Assembly (NCBI RefSeq): GCF_036321535.1
Contig: NC_087457.1
Location: forward strand, 31,930,001-31,994,000
Origin: Camelus dromedarius
Taxonomy: Eukaryota
Length of the DNA: 64,000 bases
Reading direction: 5' to 3'
The position numbers were made by a program, and so were the translations under genes. Below the pieces are notes generated by a model that saw nothing but the letters and a program-made list of their open reading frames with translations, had not been told where the DNA came from and ran no database searches. Position 1 is the first letter of the stretch; the number at the start of each line of letters is the position of its first letter. Below, one piece after another: positions 51,701 through 64,000 of this stretch.

Positions 51701-52529
51701 ACTAAGTCACTTTGAAAAGCAGTGCCATCTCTAAGTCTGAAGGTGAAACAGCCTGTTCAGAAGCATCGCAGTCCAGTCAATGGCATCGTTTCTTATGAGA
51801 TACAAGGTAGAGATTCAGATCCTGCTACACACATACACTGGCACTGAACAGTCGAGCAAATGGATGGGAGATGGTGGGAGCCTGCTTTCTTACTGCTGGA
51901 GTCGGGGTTACAGATAAGCAGGAAGCGTTACCCTTGTGGGGATGGATGAGAACTGGAGACATCAGCGTGAACTCATGTTTCGCTTGGGGTCGGTACAGAT
52001 GGTGTCTGTTACAGGTCATTAGACAAACACGCATTTCCTGGCTCTGTCAGCAGGGAGGGCCAGAAGCAATGATGCTCCAGGAGCTGCGAGCACACCTGGG
52101 ACCCAGATGCGGCTTCTCCATGTCATTCTCCAGTAAAAGGGGCCGAGGACCCTTGGAGAGATGGCGATTTCTAGGGCTGGAGCAGGAAACACACATGATA
52201 AACTCAGAGCAGCTTGAAATGCCAGCACATAATGGAGTGCTCAAAGCGAAACAGAGAGACGAAAAATGGCAGGAGTGTGCCCCAGGGACGCAGAAACCAG
52301 CTGAAAGGCCTCCCAGCGGCCAACCTGGATCCGTGTGAGTGAAATAAAGAAGTAAATACACAAATAAATAGTGCTGGATTGCAACCCAGAGTGGAACATG
52401 AATGTCCACGACTCCACACTGACGTGAATAAGCAAACACACGGGAGAAGAGACAGCGCCCCTGACTCCAAGTGACTGACGTAGGCGCTCTGCCCCCAGAG
52501 AGGCGGGCATACTTGCCCGCTCCTTAAGC

Positions 52530-53110
52530 GTGGGCTGTGCACGTGGCTTCCTCCCAAAGAGTGCAGGACGTAAAGGGAGGGAAAAGAGCGAACTTACAGG
52601 GCAGAGGCCTGGCCAGACGACCTCACGACCTCAGCCAGGGCACCGGGGTCGACTTCGACCGTGGTAAGTCATGTCGATAGGACACACCCTTCACATACGA
52701 CAAGAGTGGCCTTTACTCTGTGACCTTCCTCCCCAAAACATCTAATCCCACTCCAATCACGAGAAAAATGTCAGACAAATCCCAACCGAGGGACAGTCAC
52801 ACCTGACCAGTACTCCTCAAAACCATCAAGGGGATTCATGGAAAAATAAGGCAAGTCTGAGGAGCCATCACAGCCCAGAGGGGCCTGAGGGGACGTGACG
52901 ATGAAAGGAAATGTGGTGTCCCAGGCGGATCCTGGGACAGAAAGAGCATATTGGGTGAAAACTAAGGACATTAAGTGAAGGAGGGACTTTAATGAGTAAC
53001 GACGCATCAGTCACTAGCTGTCACGCAGATGCACCGTGTGTTACCGTCGGGGCCTGGGCGTGGGGTGTGCGAGAGCCCTCAGTGCTGTCTTCACACATTC
53101 TCTGATGTCT
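52530..53110 (+). mobile_element. L1MC1/L1MB8-like 3' end
   Basis: aatcacgagaaaaatgtcagacaaatcccaaccgagggacag...cctgaccagtactcctcaaaac... matches the recalled consensus. Confidence 0.7.
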
Positions 53111-54050
53111 CTTTTAACATCTCTATCAGGTGATTCTCACATCTCTGTCATTTTGGTGTTGGCATCTATTGGCTGTGTTTTTCCATCCGGTTTGACATCT
53201 CTCTGCCTCTTGGTGGATGAGTTATTTTTAGTCGGAACTTGGACGTTTTGCTTGTGGTGCCATGAGACTCTGGATCTGAGAGGAGCCTCCTTTCCCACCG
53301 GGCAGGCCCTGAAGTCGGAGTGCAACTGCCACGTGGCACAGACGTCCAGCTTCACGGCCCCCGGAGGCCCCTCCGCTGCTGCCCTGCGGGGTGAGGGCGG
53401 GCGGAGTGCCCTCCCGTTACTGCGGTGGGTGGGGGTTCCCGCTCCCTCCGCTGATAGAAGCCCTGAGGCTCTCCATCCGAGATCACCAAGGCAGGTGGGG
53501 AGAGCCCGGGGTCCCACACCTGGCTGCTCCGGCTCGTCTGCTGTGAGGGGACGGAGCCCGGCTGAGGGCACTGCTGCCAGTCGGGAAGTAAGACCCAGCA
53601 CCCGGCCACATCTGCTGACGAGGGTGTCTTCTGAGGGGCAGCCTTGCCGCGGGGGGTCCCCGTCTGCACTGCAGTCTGAGGCTTTTCCAACCACCCCCAC
53701 CTTCTCACCCGTGTCAGGCCCACAATGTGGTCCAAGACTCTCCCTGCCGATCCTCGCTCCTCTCCGCCTGGCGCCTCCCTAGACACGGCCTGCAGGGCCC
53801 GTCTCTCTGCCTTTGATAGCTGCTCCCTGGGGGTACCTGCTGTCCCCACCCCACAGGCCTTCTTCCAGGAGTGGGCTGCGTCTCTCCCACCTCCCACACC
53901 CCTCGTCTCTTTCACGTCGTGTGCTGATCTGTTTCTGTGTGTTTGTTTCAGCGCGGTTCTGGGCCTGGTGGGCTCGGACCCCACGGGCCCATGCCGCCAT
54001 TGCAGCAAGAAGCTCCAGACTGAAGTCTACCTGGGGCAAGTTAATGCCAG
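53110..54050 (-). mobile_element. Degenerate L1M 5' region (GC-rich)
   Basis: gttggcatctattggctgtgtttttcc...catgagactctggatc resembles an antisense L1M 5' region; low certainty beyond ~53300. Confidence 0.4.
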
Positions 54051-54420
54051 CTGAACAGGAACAGAACTGAAAGTCCCTTCCTCTGAGTCAGGACTATCTC
54101 TGAGACCATCTAGTCCACTTCTTACTTCAGGTGGGGAAACAAATGAAGCGACTTGCACCAGCTTCCAAACAACTCCTCATAAAGGATCCCTGCCATATGA
54201 CAGTCCCCCTCCCCCTGCCCCCCGGGCCCGGTCTCCAGGCCACTTCGGATGTCCCTAGCGCCTCCCCTCGTGCTGTCCCCGGGGGAGGGATCGCCAGTGA
54301 GCGCGGCTTTTGATGAGCTTGGCCATCAGCGGCCGCACTCCACCCGTGGAAAGAGCCGCTCCCTCCTGCCTCCCGGTAATTCCTGCAGGCTTGCTCTGTG
54401 TCTCCAGCAACCCTTGCACC

Positions 54421-55331
54421 ATGAGGATCCTCGTCCTGCTCTTAACCACTTTTCTTCTGCTCCACCAAGGTCCTCCAGGTAAAGAGACTCTCCGCTGGAC
54501 AGACGTGCACTTGCAGAGGGCAGGAGGTGGAGGGAAAACCTGACTTAGAACAAACGTCCTTTGGCGCTCTGCAGCCTTTAATCCCTGCCCTGACTGAGGC
54601 CATGAGTAGAACGCAGTGCAAGGCAGCCCTCACGCACACCTCCTGGCCGCAGCAAGGCGTCACCGCTCGAAAGTGTGGGGCCCTTAGCCGTCCCTGGGGG
54701 ATACACTAGCCATTCTCACTGCACTGCAGGACGGCTGCCCTTGTTCATTGTTGATTTTGCAGTAAGAGATGCCTTCTCCCCTTTCCGCTGGTGACACCCA
54801 CCTGCCTCCTGAAAAGCTTTATCTGCCCAGAAGTTGACTCTGTCACCCTCCTGAATTTTACACCTTTTCATATCAAGTCAGAGGATTAGGATTAAAAGGA
54901 ATGCAGTGATTCCTCTTAATACAAAAGGAGCAGGGTGGGGAGGGCGTAGCTCAGTGGTAGAGCACATGCTTAGCATGCATGATGTCCTGGGTTCAATCCC
55001 CAGCACCACATCGCGTGTCTGTCCCACCACCACTCCCCGGCATTCTCCAGTCTGCTCCAGTCATTCCCCCGGGAAACACCACTGCGCCAAAGCCTTGCCT
55101 CTCCACCCTGGTGCAGCTAATCACACTGACTCATTCTGTTATTTAGTGAGCAGTGACCTGGACACAGGCAGGATATGTGGCTATGGGACTTCTCGCTGCC
55201 GGACGCGTTGTAAAAGTGACGAGTTCAGAATTGGAAGATGCCTCAACACCTACGCGTGCTGTTTGAAAAAGTGGAGCGTCAACAAATTGAATCCTATGAA
55301 AGACAGAAACCCGGTGGTGCCTGGTTCCTAG
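54421..55331 (+). CDS. DEFB104: Beta-defensin 104, 80 aa. Exons 54421-54478 and 55147-55331
   Basis: MRILVLLLTTFLLLHQGPP|VSSDLDTGRICGYGTSRCRTRCKSDEFRIGRCLNTYACCLKKWSVNKLNPMKDRNPVVPGS*. Confidence 0.93.
54937..55007 (+). mobile_element. tRNA-derived SINE head in the DEFB104 intron
   Basis: ggggagggcgtagctcagtggtagagcacatgcttagcatgcatgatgtcctgggttcaatccccagcacc, with A and B boxes; no A-tail. Confidence 0.8.
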
Positions 55332-58222
55332 AGTCGCCAACAGCTGGACCTCTGAGCTGTCCATTCTCGGGGCCTTACAGCCAGAAGGCCCGCAGTGGAG
55401 CCACTAATCCAGTTGCAAAGTGAGGACGTGCCGAGAGCTTTCACTCGGTGCTGAGCCAACGCGGGAGAATCAGCGGAACCCAGGGCCTCGGCCTGGTGTC
55501 GGTTATGTGTGAGTTTCGATACTTTAAAAGATGAACCAAAAAAAAAAAAACCATATCCGTTCAGCCACAAGCCTAAGTGAACATGATTTTTTCTTTGCCT
55601 GAATTATATCAATTCACCTTGGTAACTTTGGTTTTGTTTTCTGATCAGAAGTTCTGCTTAACAGTAATATACTTCTTTTGTCAATTAAAATGGAAAATGA
55701 ATCAATATTAAGTGCAATGTGCTTGGCATACGCCGTACTTCAAAACAGAGACGCCCCGGGGAGAAAAAACAAAAGAGGTGATGGGGGAAGGCTTGACCCA
55801 AGCGGACGTCTGTGGCGGGTCACATCCAGCAGGTGGCAGCAGAGAGCGGCTCTGCCACTGGGCCGCGTTGGGTGGACGTGTCCAGACTCCTGATCCTGAA
55901 AAGCGGCAAAGTAAGGGGCGCGGTAAAACACTAGACCTGGCCTTCCCGCCCGAACTGTGCTTCAGGGGAACCAAATGGTGCACGAGGGAACGCTTCTCTC
56001 CACGAGAGCCGTGCAGCCCGTAAACGGAGGGGGAGCGGCAGGATGAGAATATCGCTGCTCTGCAAACACCGGGGGAGAGGATGACCCAGCCGGTGAGGGT
56101 CAGTGGCCACTAAGGTGGACAAGAACAGCCACCGGGCACGAGTGCCTCCCAGGAGAGGCCCTCAGTGCCACCTGCGAGCTGTTAGGCTGGACTGTGTCCG
56201 TTTGCCCAAAAGAGTAAAGTGAACCTTCGCGCAGCCGGGACCCCGCTTCTGCATGAGGTCGACCTTGTTTCATCCCTTGATAAGCCCTCCCCCCCCCCCC
56301 GTTATTTCCAAGAACACTCACGATGCCCTGTCACATCACGGGGAAATACTTTGAAATGTGTAACTCAAAAGAAAGAACAATTGTCTTTTTTTACTGTAAC
56401 TGGTAGATTGTGGGAGCGCCGGGCAGACAAGTGGAGGGGAGGGAGGATGGTCCGGAAGATGGCGTTGTGCCCCCTCCAGCAAAAAGGGACTTTACTTCTA
56501 AATGATGTCAGCAAGAAACCGGATAGCACCCGACAGCCACGACTGCGTGGCAGCAGAAAGGACTTAACCAGACACAGCCCCGTGCTCATTGTATTATAAC
56601 TCACGTTGCAGCTCAGCCCCCCTCGTGGGTTTTGTGTGTGCGTCCTGGTCAAGGAAATGCGCACAGGGGCCAAACGTGACTAAGCACTCCAGGGACGAGA
56701 GCTGCCAATCAAGCAAGAGCCCACCTCTAAACTAGGATGTAGGAGACGGGAGAGGACACTGCCGCTGTCCCCCCGAATCAGCCCGCCTCCCGTTCCTGGA
56801 GGTGGCTTTTCCTTTTTTAAATAAGTCATTTAAAATCCTTCTGCTACATGGTGCTTTCCAACTCCCATCTGTAAACCTTATCTTTTGGGTAAGACAAGAA
56901 CTGGGGTCTTCACCTCTGGGGTAACCTAACCACAGCGCTATTACCATACTTGGAAGAATTTGGCACTAATTCTTTAACACCATGTAACAGCCAATCAGAG
57001 CCCAAGTGACTCTGGTTGTTTCACAGGTCAGGGTGGGTGTCTCACAGTGGGGACCCTGAGCCTCCAAACTTCTCGTCTGGATGCTATTGGCTGCTTACTA
57101 TTCCACCTGCAAGGCGCTGTGCCGGAAATCAGCACCCGGCCACCCTTCACCTCTACCAGAGGCCCCAGCCAGGGTCCTCTCGAATTGGAAAATTTCCTAA
57201 TGCCTGAAAACAAAAGGCTGTGAACGATCTTATGCTACCCCTGAGCAGCAGCACCACGCTCCCCGAGGCAGAAGCCGTCCCAGCTCCTCCGTCGGTGATT
57301 GCTGCGGTGTGATGCTGGGCACCTCCCCGAGCCTCTGCACGTGGCTCCAGGCCTCCTCCTCGGTTGCTGCTTCCCTGGACGCCAAGTCTCTGTTGTACCT
57401 GCTCCCCTTTCTCCATCCGCCCTCCCCTTTCTCCAGGCAGAACAGACCTATGTTCAGCTATGACCTTTTCTGTGGGCCAAAATGTGCACGCAAATAGAGG
57501 CACTTGGGATAAACGCTTTTCCCAGAGACACTGACGTAAGGCTGGGTGTTACGTAGTTACAAAGCTCTTGAACCAAAGCCTAGGCTTCTCCCGTTGAGTC
57601 CAGGACAGGCTGCCTGGGTTGTGCAAGCCTGAGATTGTGCAGCAAAAGGAAACCTCACACCTGCCAAGAAGAGAATGAGGGGAAGGGAGGAAGCGCCTTT
57701 TGCGTAATTATCACTAGAAGAGAAAACCCAGACTCCTTTACAGAACTTATTTTCAAAGCAGAATTGACTCGGACCCGACGGCGTCAATAGTCAGGCATCC
57801 GGGGGCGGGGGGACGAGGAGACTAGAGGCTGGGGGAGAAAAGTGAAGAAGAGCCAGATAGATTACATTCGAAGGGCAGCGAGAGAAGGGCCGGCAGCCTG
57901 AGGGGGAGAACGGGAAGGACAGTTTGGAGTTGCTTTGGCGCTGCCTCTGTCCCTCTCCAGCCTCAGGGCGCGGCCGTTTGGGAGACAGGGTGGAAGCGCT
58001 GTGGCAGCTGCGGTCATGTCACCGGATGAAGGAAGAGCAGTGCTGTAGCCAGAAGCTCCTGAAATTGGTGGCCTTCTGCCCCCCACCCCCACCCCGCTTC
58101 CCCTCCCTTCCCTCGTCCTTTCTCACTCAGCGAACCCACCCGAGGCATTCAGGCATGTCATGCGCTTCCTGAGAGAAGCGGCCCGTGTGTTACTGTGGGA
58201 CGCAGCCCTTCCCCGCTGCAGG

Positions 58223-58290
58223 CCCCCCCCCCCCCCCCGCCAGCCCGGCTATAAAGGAGCCCTGCCCGCCCGCCCGCCCGCCTGCCTGGC
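58223..58290 (+). promoter_or_regulatory. SPAG11 core promoter: C16 run, TATAAA, (CCCG)n
   Basis: C16 at 58223-58238, TATAAA at 58250-58255, ATG at 58314. Confidence 0.65.
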
Positions 58291-58313
58291 CCGGCTGCTG
58301 TCCCCTGGGTGAC

Positions 58314-61300
58314 ATGAGGCGGTTCCTCCCTCCGGTCACCCTTCTGCTCGGGGTCCTGCTGTTTCTAGGTAAGCGCAGTGGTCATTTCCAGGCTGGGGTC
58401 CAGGCTGGGAACGCAGCCCTGGGAGCCCGTTTCCCGGGGGGTTTCAGGGAGGGGTCTCGGCCGGGGTTTGTGAACGACACTGACTGCGGGTGGCATGGCC
58501 TCCCGAACCTGATTCCATTTTCTTATCCCTCCAGCACCCCCTCCCCTGACGGAGAAGGGCAGAATGTCTCAGGAGGGACCTTAAGTTTCAGGGAGTCTCA
58601 ACAGCAACATTGGTGATGCCCCCGGGGGGGGGCTCAGCTTGGCTTCCTCGGGGCGGTCAGGCTCCACTGCCCCCTCTTCCCACACCTTTCCCTCTCTGAC
58701 TGTCACACACACGCACGCACACACGCACGGACGCAAGTAACATCTGTCCCCCTTCCGACCCACCCCATCCGTCCGCCACTCTTTCTTTACAGCTTTATTG
58801 AGGTAAAATGATTCACAGTGCGCTACCCCGACTTAATGTGCACAATTTTCATGAGCTGGGACATAAGAAAACACCTGTGGTCCCATCACCACAGCCAGCA
58901 GGGTGGGCACCCCAGCACATCCCCAGGCGCCCGTGTTGGTTTGTGCTGCTGTTTTCCTGTGATAAGAACACTTAGTGTGAGGGCTCCCCTCCCAGCAAGT
59001 TGAGCAGCACACAACGCTGTGTTGTCTAGAGGCCAACGCTGGATGCAAGGTCTGGGACGTCTCCGTCCTGTGTGACTGGAGCTTTATACCCACTGGGCGA
59101 CAACCCCGTCCCCTGCCGTCTTCACTGTCACTCGTCCTGTAAGTACCTCATCCTCATGGGTCTGCGGATGGAGAGCCTTGAACGTCCTCTCCTGTGCTGA
59201 CTCCTGAACAGGGTTATCCAGGGTCACCCATGCTACCCGCCGAGGCACGGAGGGTCCCCGAGAACCCAGGGAAGAGGCCCCTGGACAAGGAGCAAACGGG
59301 TCTCACCAGCTTCACCACCACGTAAAACGCTACCTCTTACCACGCACGCCCCCTTTCCAGGGTGAGTAACAAAGCCCATGGCAGGGTCATCGACTCGGAG
59401 ACGTTTAGTGGAAGAATAGATCCCCGGAAGGTGTGCAGATGGGGGTGAGAGTGGGGGGATGTGCTTAGAAGACCCTGTGCTGGTGGCTTACGCTGTCCCT
59501 CCTGTCGGAAAGGTCATGGGGGTCTGACAGCGGGACCCCTGAAGGCCTTGTAAAACGTGGGAGCATTGAAAGGACCAGAGCAGAGGTGTCCGAGGCCACT
59601 TCTCTGACTCCCCCCAAAGCCGGTAGCCAGAAGAGAAGGCCCTGGGTCAGAATGTCCTCCCCAGGGCGGGTGGGAAGCCCGTTCCCTTGGCCTTGGGGTT
59701 GACTCACTCTGTGGGATGTACTGAGCACTTGCTAAGTGCCAGGTGGAAAGAGAGTGCTCAGGGAAAGCCTCCTGGGAGGGGGCAGAGGACGCCAGGCTGC
59801 CAGGATGGGGACTAGCCATCAGTAACTATTCTGAGTGGACCAGACTAAGCCAGGCAGCGGGCAAACTTTATCGAGAGGAGGTTTGAATTCCAACAAGAAA
59901 GGGACTCTTAACGCTGATTGCTCTGCGTCTTTGGCCGGGGTGCCTGGGAAGACGTGAAAGCTCTCAGCGGTGTTGAGATGGTCCTGGGCTCAGGGTTCAC
60001 CTGCCAGCAACGCCATTTCAGACCCCTGGAGTGTGTTGGGGCTTAGCTAGATGGATAACAGGTCTGGGGAGGTGAATCTCTCGGGAGAAGCAGAGCTCTA
60101 TATCTGGAGTTGGTTTCATAGCTTTGAACTTGAAACTATGCACTGTAATATACTATATATATTATTTAAAATGACCAAAGGTAGAGAAGTAGACAGCAGA
60201 ATGGTGTTTGCAGAGGATGGGGGTAGAGAAGTAAACGGAGTTGTTGTTCTACAGGAGAAAGTTTTGGTTATGCTGGAGGATGCATTCTAGCCGTAGGGTG
60301 CACAACACAGCACCTTTAAAAAGTTGTTAAGAGGGTGGATCTTATGCTTTTACTACGAGAAAAACAAAAGCAAAGCAAAACAAAGACAAAGGGACACAAG
60401 GCAATTTTGGGAGGTGATAAATACGTTCATCACCTTGATTGGGGGGATGGTATCATGGGAGTGCGCATATGTCCGAACTCATCACATTTCATACGTTCCA
60501 TATGTACAGGTTTTTATAGATTAAAAAAAGACTATTGATCTGAAAAGTGAAGTGATAAGAAAGTAATTTTAATGGATTGACCAGCTGATTCACTGATCTA
60601 GCCAGATGATTGTAACGTGTACTGACTGAAAGGGACCAGGACAGGAAGAGGGTAACATCGTCACACTTAATTTGTCTGAAGGTCAAATGTGAAGCCAGGG
60701 GCAGAGCCTGAGGTGACGGGTGCCGCTGGCGTGCAGCCGTCCTCCCCGCACGCGCTGCGGGCCGATTCTCTGATGCTGGGCCTCTGCTCTCGTGGTGCTC
60801 ATCAGCTTTTGCTTTTTTCTACACACGCTCCTTGCCTTCTTCCATCAGTTGTCATCAGTGAAAATTTGATGTCTGATAACCTCGGTACTTGCACTCTGGG
60901 GTAACATACCGGTTTCACGTGACTCAAGTAACCTGACACGTGTTTAAGGCATCGGCTTGCCCCCAGTGCTCCCTCATTGAGGGGGAGAAAATAAGTCTTT
61001 CAGTTCTTCAAACTCTACCCTCCGCTACCTCTGTTCACCCGGCCCCACCTAGATGTCTCACCTCGCTTTCAGGGATGGTCCTCTCCCCCAGGGACCATCG
61101 CGTCTCAGTCCGTGCTCAGTCGGGCCGTCTCACTCCACCGTTTGCCTCGGAGAGGCCTCATTTGTGCCTTTACACAACATGCTAAATTATTTAAAGTAAA
61201 ACATTTGTATCACAACACACCCCTCGCTTTCTCTTCCCAGCTGCCTCTGAATTGACAGTTCATTGTTCAGGGAATCCAGGATCTGAGTTTGCTACTACTA

Positions 61301-61581
61301 GAATGATTGCACGAAATATGACAGACACGCAGAGGAACTCTGTTTCCTATCCGTCGCCGCCCCCCACCCCTTCCCCTAGGCTGGGGTAACAGCATCTGAT
61401 TCTTGAGACAGTCTGAGGAGCCTGACATTGGGTATTTCTTTATCCAGAGCCTGAACCAGATTTCAAAGTTGTCAACTGCAAGAAAAGCGAAGGCAAGTGT
61501 CAAAAATACTGTAACTACATGGAACTACAACTAGGCTACTGCTTCAAGACCAAAGACGCCTGCTGTTTACCTCAGAACTGA
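58314..61581 (+). CDS. SPAG11: Sperm-associated antigen 11 (EP2/HE2), C-type isoform, 112 aa. Exons 58314-58368, 59212-59361, 61448-61581
   Basis: MRRFLPPVTLLLGVLLFL|GLSRVTH...APGQGANGSHQLHHHVKRYLLPRTPPFQ|EPEPDFKVVNCKKSEGKCQKYCNYMELQLGYCFKTKDACCLPQN*; VKR convertase site and six-Cys defensin motif. Confidence 0.9.
58785..59115 (-). mobile_element. Old L1 3' end in SPAG11 intron 1
   Basis: acagctttattgaggtaaaatgattcac...gtgataagaacacttagtgtgag. Confidence 0.65.
60140..60535 (+). mobile_element. Old L1 3' end in SPAG11 intron 2
   Basis: gtagagaagtagacagcagaatggtg...aaaagttgttaagagggtggatctt...ttttgggaggtgataaatacgttc. Confidence 0.65.
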
Positions 61582-61837
61582 GGTTGTTGACACAGAAGAC
61601 GAAGCTTGTCCACTGCCTCCCCCGGCCGTCAGCGCAGAAGCAGGTGTCTGGAGAAGGGACTGGGGAGGCCCTGAGCTTTGCTGTCTGTGCCAGCCGTCTG
61701 AACATTTTACTGCAGCAGAAGGAAAGATGAAAACTGGCTACACGTGGTCTTATGGATGCGATCTTAGAGAAGGTGCCTTAGCTTGAGATGTGCAGTATCT
61801 TCCAAATCACACAATTTTTGCTGATAAATGTGGGTGT

Positions 61838-61843
61838 AATAAA
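61838..61843 (+). terminator. Candidate poly(A) signal for the SPAG11 C-type transcript
   Basis: AATAAA ~260 nt after the stop. Confidence 0.5.
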
Positions 61844-64000
61844 CTTTCATAGGAAAGCATGCAAGTAATTCGGTCTTTTATTTTAAAAGTACTTTTTGAG
61901 TACCTTCTTTTGGTCTAGGCACTGAGAAATGCAATGAATTGGAGACATTACATGAAGGTAATGAATTGGAAACATGAATATTGAGAGGAAATCATCTCAA
62001 TAAGTAAAAAAACAACAAAATGCTACATATTCTACAATGTGGCTACATGTGGGGAAGATAGATATAAGAGAATTAAGAAAGGATTCCTGGGGAAATTTGA
62101 GCAGGATTTTGGAGAATGACTAGGAGTTTGTTAAGGGAAAAAGAGAAGAAGAGATATTCAGGCAAAGGGTATAGTTTGTAGGAAGTCATGGAGACACGAA
62201 AGAATGATTTGCTAAGAAAATGGGCACAAGCTTAGAACCTCAAGAGAGGGACTAATGACAAGTGTCAGATGAGGAGGGCGCAAGAAAATGGGGAGAAATT
62301 CTCAAAGAAAATAAATACTATACTAAAGACCTTGGACTGCTAAGCGAGGGAGGGTTACCAGGTGCACCAAAGGAGTGAACGTAATCATATTTCAATTTTA
62401 GAATGTTCCTCTGACAGGGGAGTTGGGGATGGACGGGGACTGCGTGAGATTGGAGGCAGGAAGGTAAGCGGTGGCGCCTGCTCTGGTTTAGGTTTAGTTT
62501 CCTCTCTCCTACATCTTTAAAGTGTGGATTCCCTGAAACTTCCAGTGAGTTTGGACCGACTTCTAACCCCTCATTTCCCAAGTAGACCAGCTGTGGCGGT
62601 CTTGGCGGGTAAACCTACGGGAAGGAGTGGTTATATTCTATGCACAAAACAAATCTGTTGTTTACCTTGGGGTTTTGCGTCAAGCATGTCTGCTCAAAAG
62701 AAGATTCAAAGACAGTCTGACAGATCAGTAAAGAAACAGCGGGATTTGCATAAACTTGCTATAAACTGTAAGTGGTGACTAGTTTTAGGCTGGAGTTAAT
62801 TATTAGCGAGCTAACTCATATCAGGAAAATCTGAGTCCCTCGTTCTTTCTACATTTTTATTTAGTTCTTATGAGTTAAGAATCCTTTCTGATACTGTCAT
62901 GTTTGAGTATCTGGGTTGCAGTCCAGCCTCCAGAGCTCACAGTGACCAAACCAGGGGTGCAGACCTCTTTCCAGGACGCTGCCTTTCCAGGTTTCTTTCT
63001 GAAGAAATGTGTTCCAGACCCAATTCACACTCGGGCACACTCCCGAGGCTGACACTTAGAACGGCGAAGCCAAGATCAAATCAGTACTTACAGACAAAAC
63101 CAGACGCATGGCCATTTTATATAACCTCTTTGTGAAGAGGCTTTTAAAATAAGTTGGCAAGACACAAAATACTTGTACTTGCTGACTCATCCTGCGTCTC
63201 AGCAACCGCTCTTCAGTGGATGTACAGTCACCAGCAGCGCACGCTGAGCAAGTCCTGCTCGTCTGCGGTACAGCCTTGTGCCTCGTCACAGCCCTGTCAT
63301 GTGCGTCTAAAACTCTCTTCAGAGGGTAAAGCTCATGTCAAGCTGTCTTACCTTTTTTTAATTAAAAAAAATCGTCCTTAGGAAATCATGAAAATATTTT
63401 GAGAAACTTTGAAAAAAATCTGAATGTTCAAAATAAAGCGAGTTGCTTAATAAACTAAGGTACATCTACTTAAAGGAATATTCCATATAAACATAAAAGT
63501 AAAAAAACCATAAAAACTCATAATATAAAAGTTTTAAGATAATTTTCTGTCTTAGAAATTATGGGATACAATTTTATATATTTTAAGTAAAATTATGAAA
63601 AATACATTCAAAACAAAAAAAATGGTTTTAGTTTCCAACATTAAGATTGTTGGTGATTTTTAATTATTTTATCTTTAAAAATACCCTGTCAAGTTATCGT
63701 GTTACTCTTCAACTTTAAATATACACTTAAGAAGACAAAAGTGACTGCCTAAGGATAAATACATATGTAGATATAAACAAAGACTGTTTTGATCGTAGGC
63801 AAAGACAGCCTATAGTAGACATAAGTTGCCTTAAGAAAGTCAAATTTAACCTAAGAAATAACATTAAGCTTATAAAACATTAAAACATGTAACCCAGAGA
63901 GATGTTGGAAACTACACTGGGGATTCATAAAAAACAGGAAAAAGCTTGATTTTTTCTACCACTCTGTGGTCATTTTTGCAGTCAGCCTGGAGACAAGGGG

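Noticed and set aside
53036-54008. 248-aa and 218-aa overlapping ORFs
   Set aside because: They overlap GC-rich degenerate L1 sequence; no domain and no splice structure.
56374-56390. Androgen-response element AGAACA upstream of SPAG11
   Set aside because: Half-site only; the second half-site spacing is wrong for IR3 or DR3.
61600-64000. SPAG11 B-promoter and E/D-type exons
   Set aside because: No MKVFFLFAVL-like signal exon or GIRNTIC-like exon found; they probably lie beyond the window.

Overview
Mammalian (not prokaryotic) genomic DNA, very probably a camelid, judged from four copies of a short tRNA-derived SINE resembling camelid Vic-1 and a young L1. It corresponds to the human 8p23.1 beta-defensin region. 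The left ~25 kb holds: an open FAM90A-like gene (minus; last exon beyond the left edge); a diverged ~650-bp tandem array; an intact single-exon USP17/DUB deubiquitinase (plus; 9721-11310); a decayed second FAM90A copy on the plus strand, which the ORF track does not reveal; and a 5-finger ZNF705/ZNF596-clade KRAB-ZNF (minus) with a CpG-island promoter and a GC-AG intron. A pair of same-orientation CTCF-like motifs follows. The right part is the epididymal defensin run DEFB107(-), DEFB105(-), DEFB106(+), DEFB104(+) and SPAG11(+; C-type isoform), all with open frames and canonical GT-AG introns. The rest is L1, MIR, ERVL/MaLR and Tigger remnants plus microsatellites. Gene names and repeat families come from my recall of the human proteins and repeat consensuses, not from a database search. 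Exon coordinates were read by hand; repeat boundaries are approximate. Most ORFs in the supplied track are spurious. The best lead is a FAM90A/USP17/ZNF705 birth-and-death module carrying DUX-type homeodomain sites, possibly insulated from the defensin cluster.
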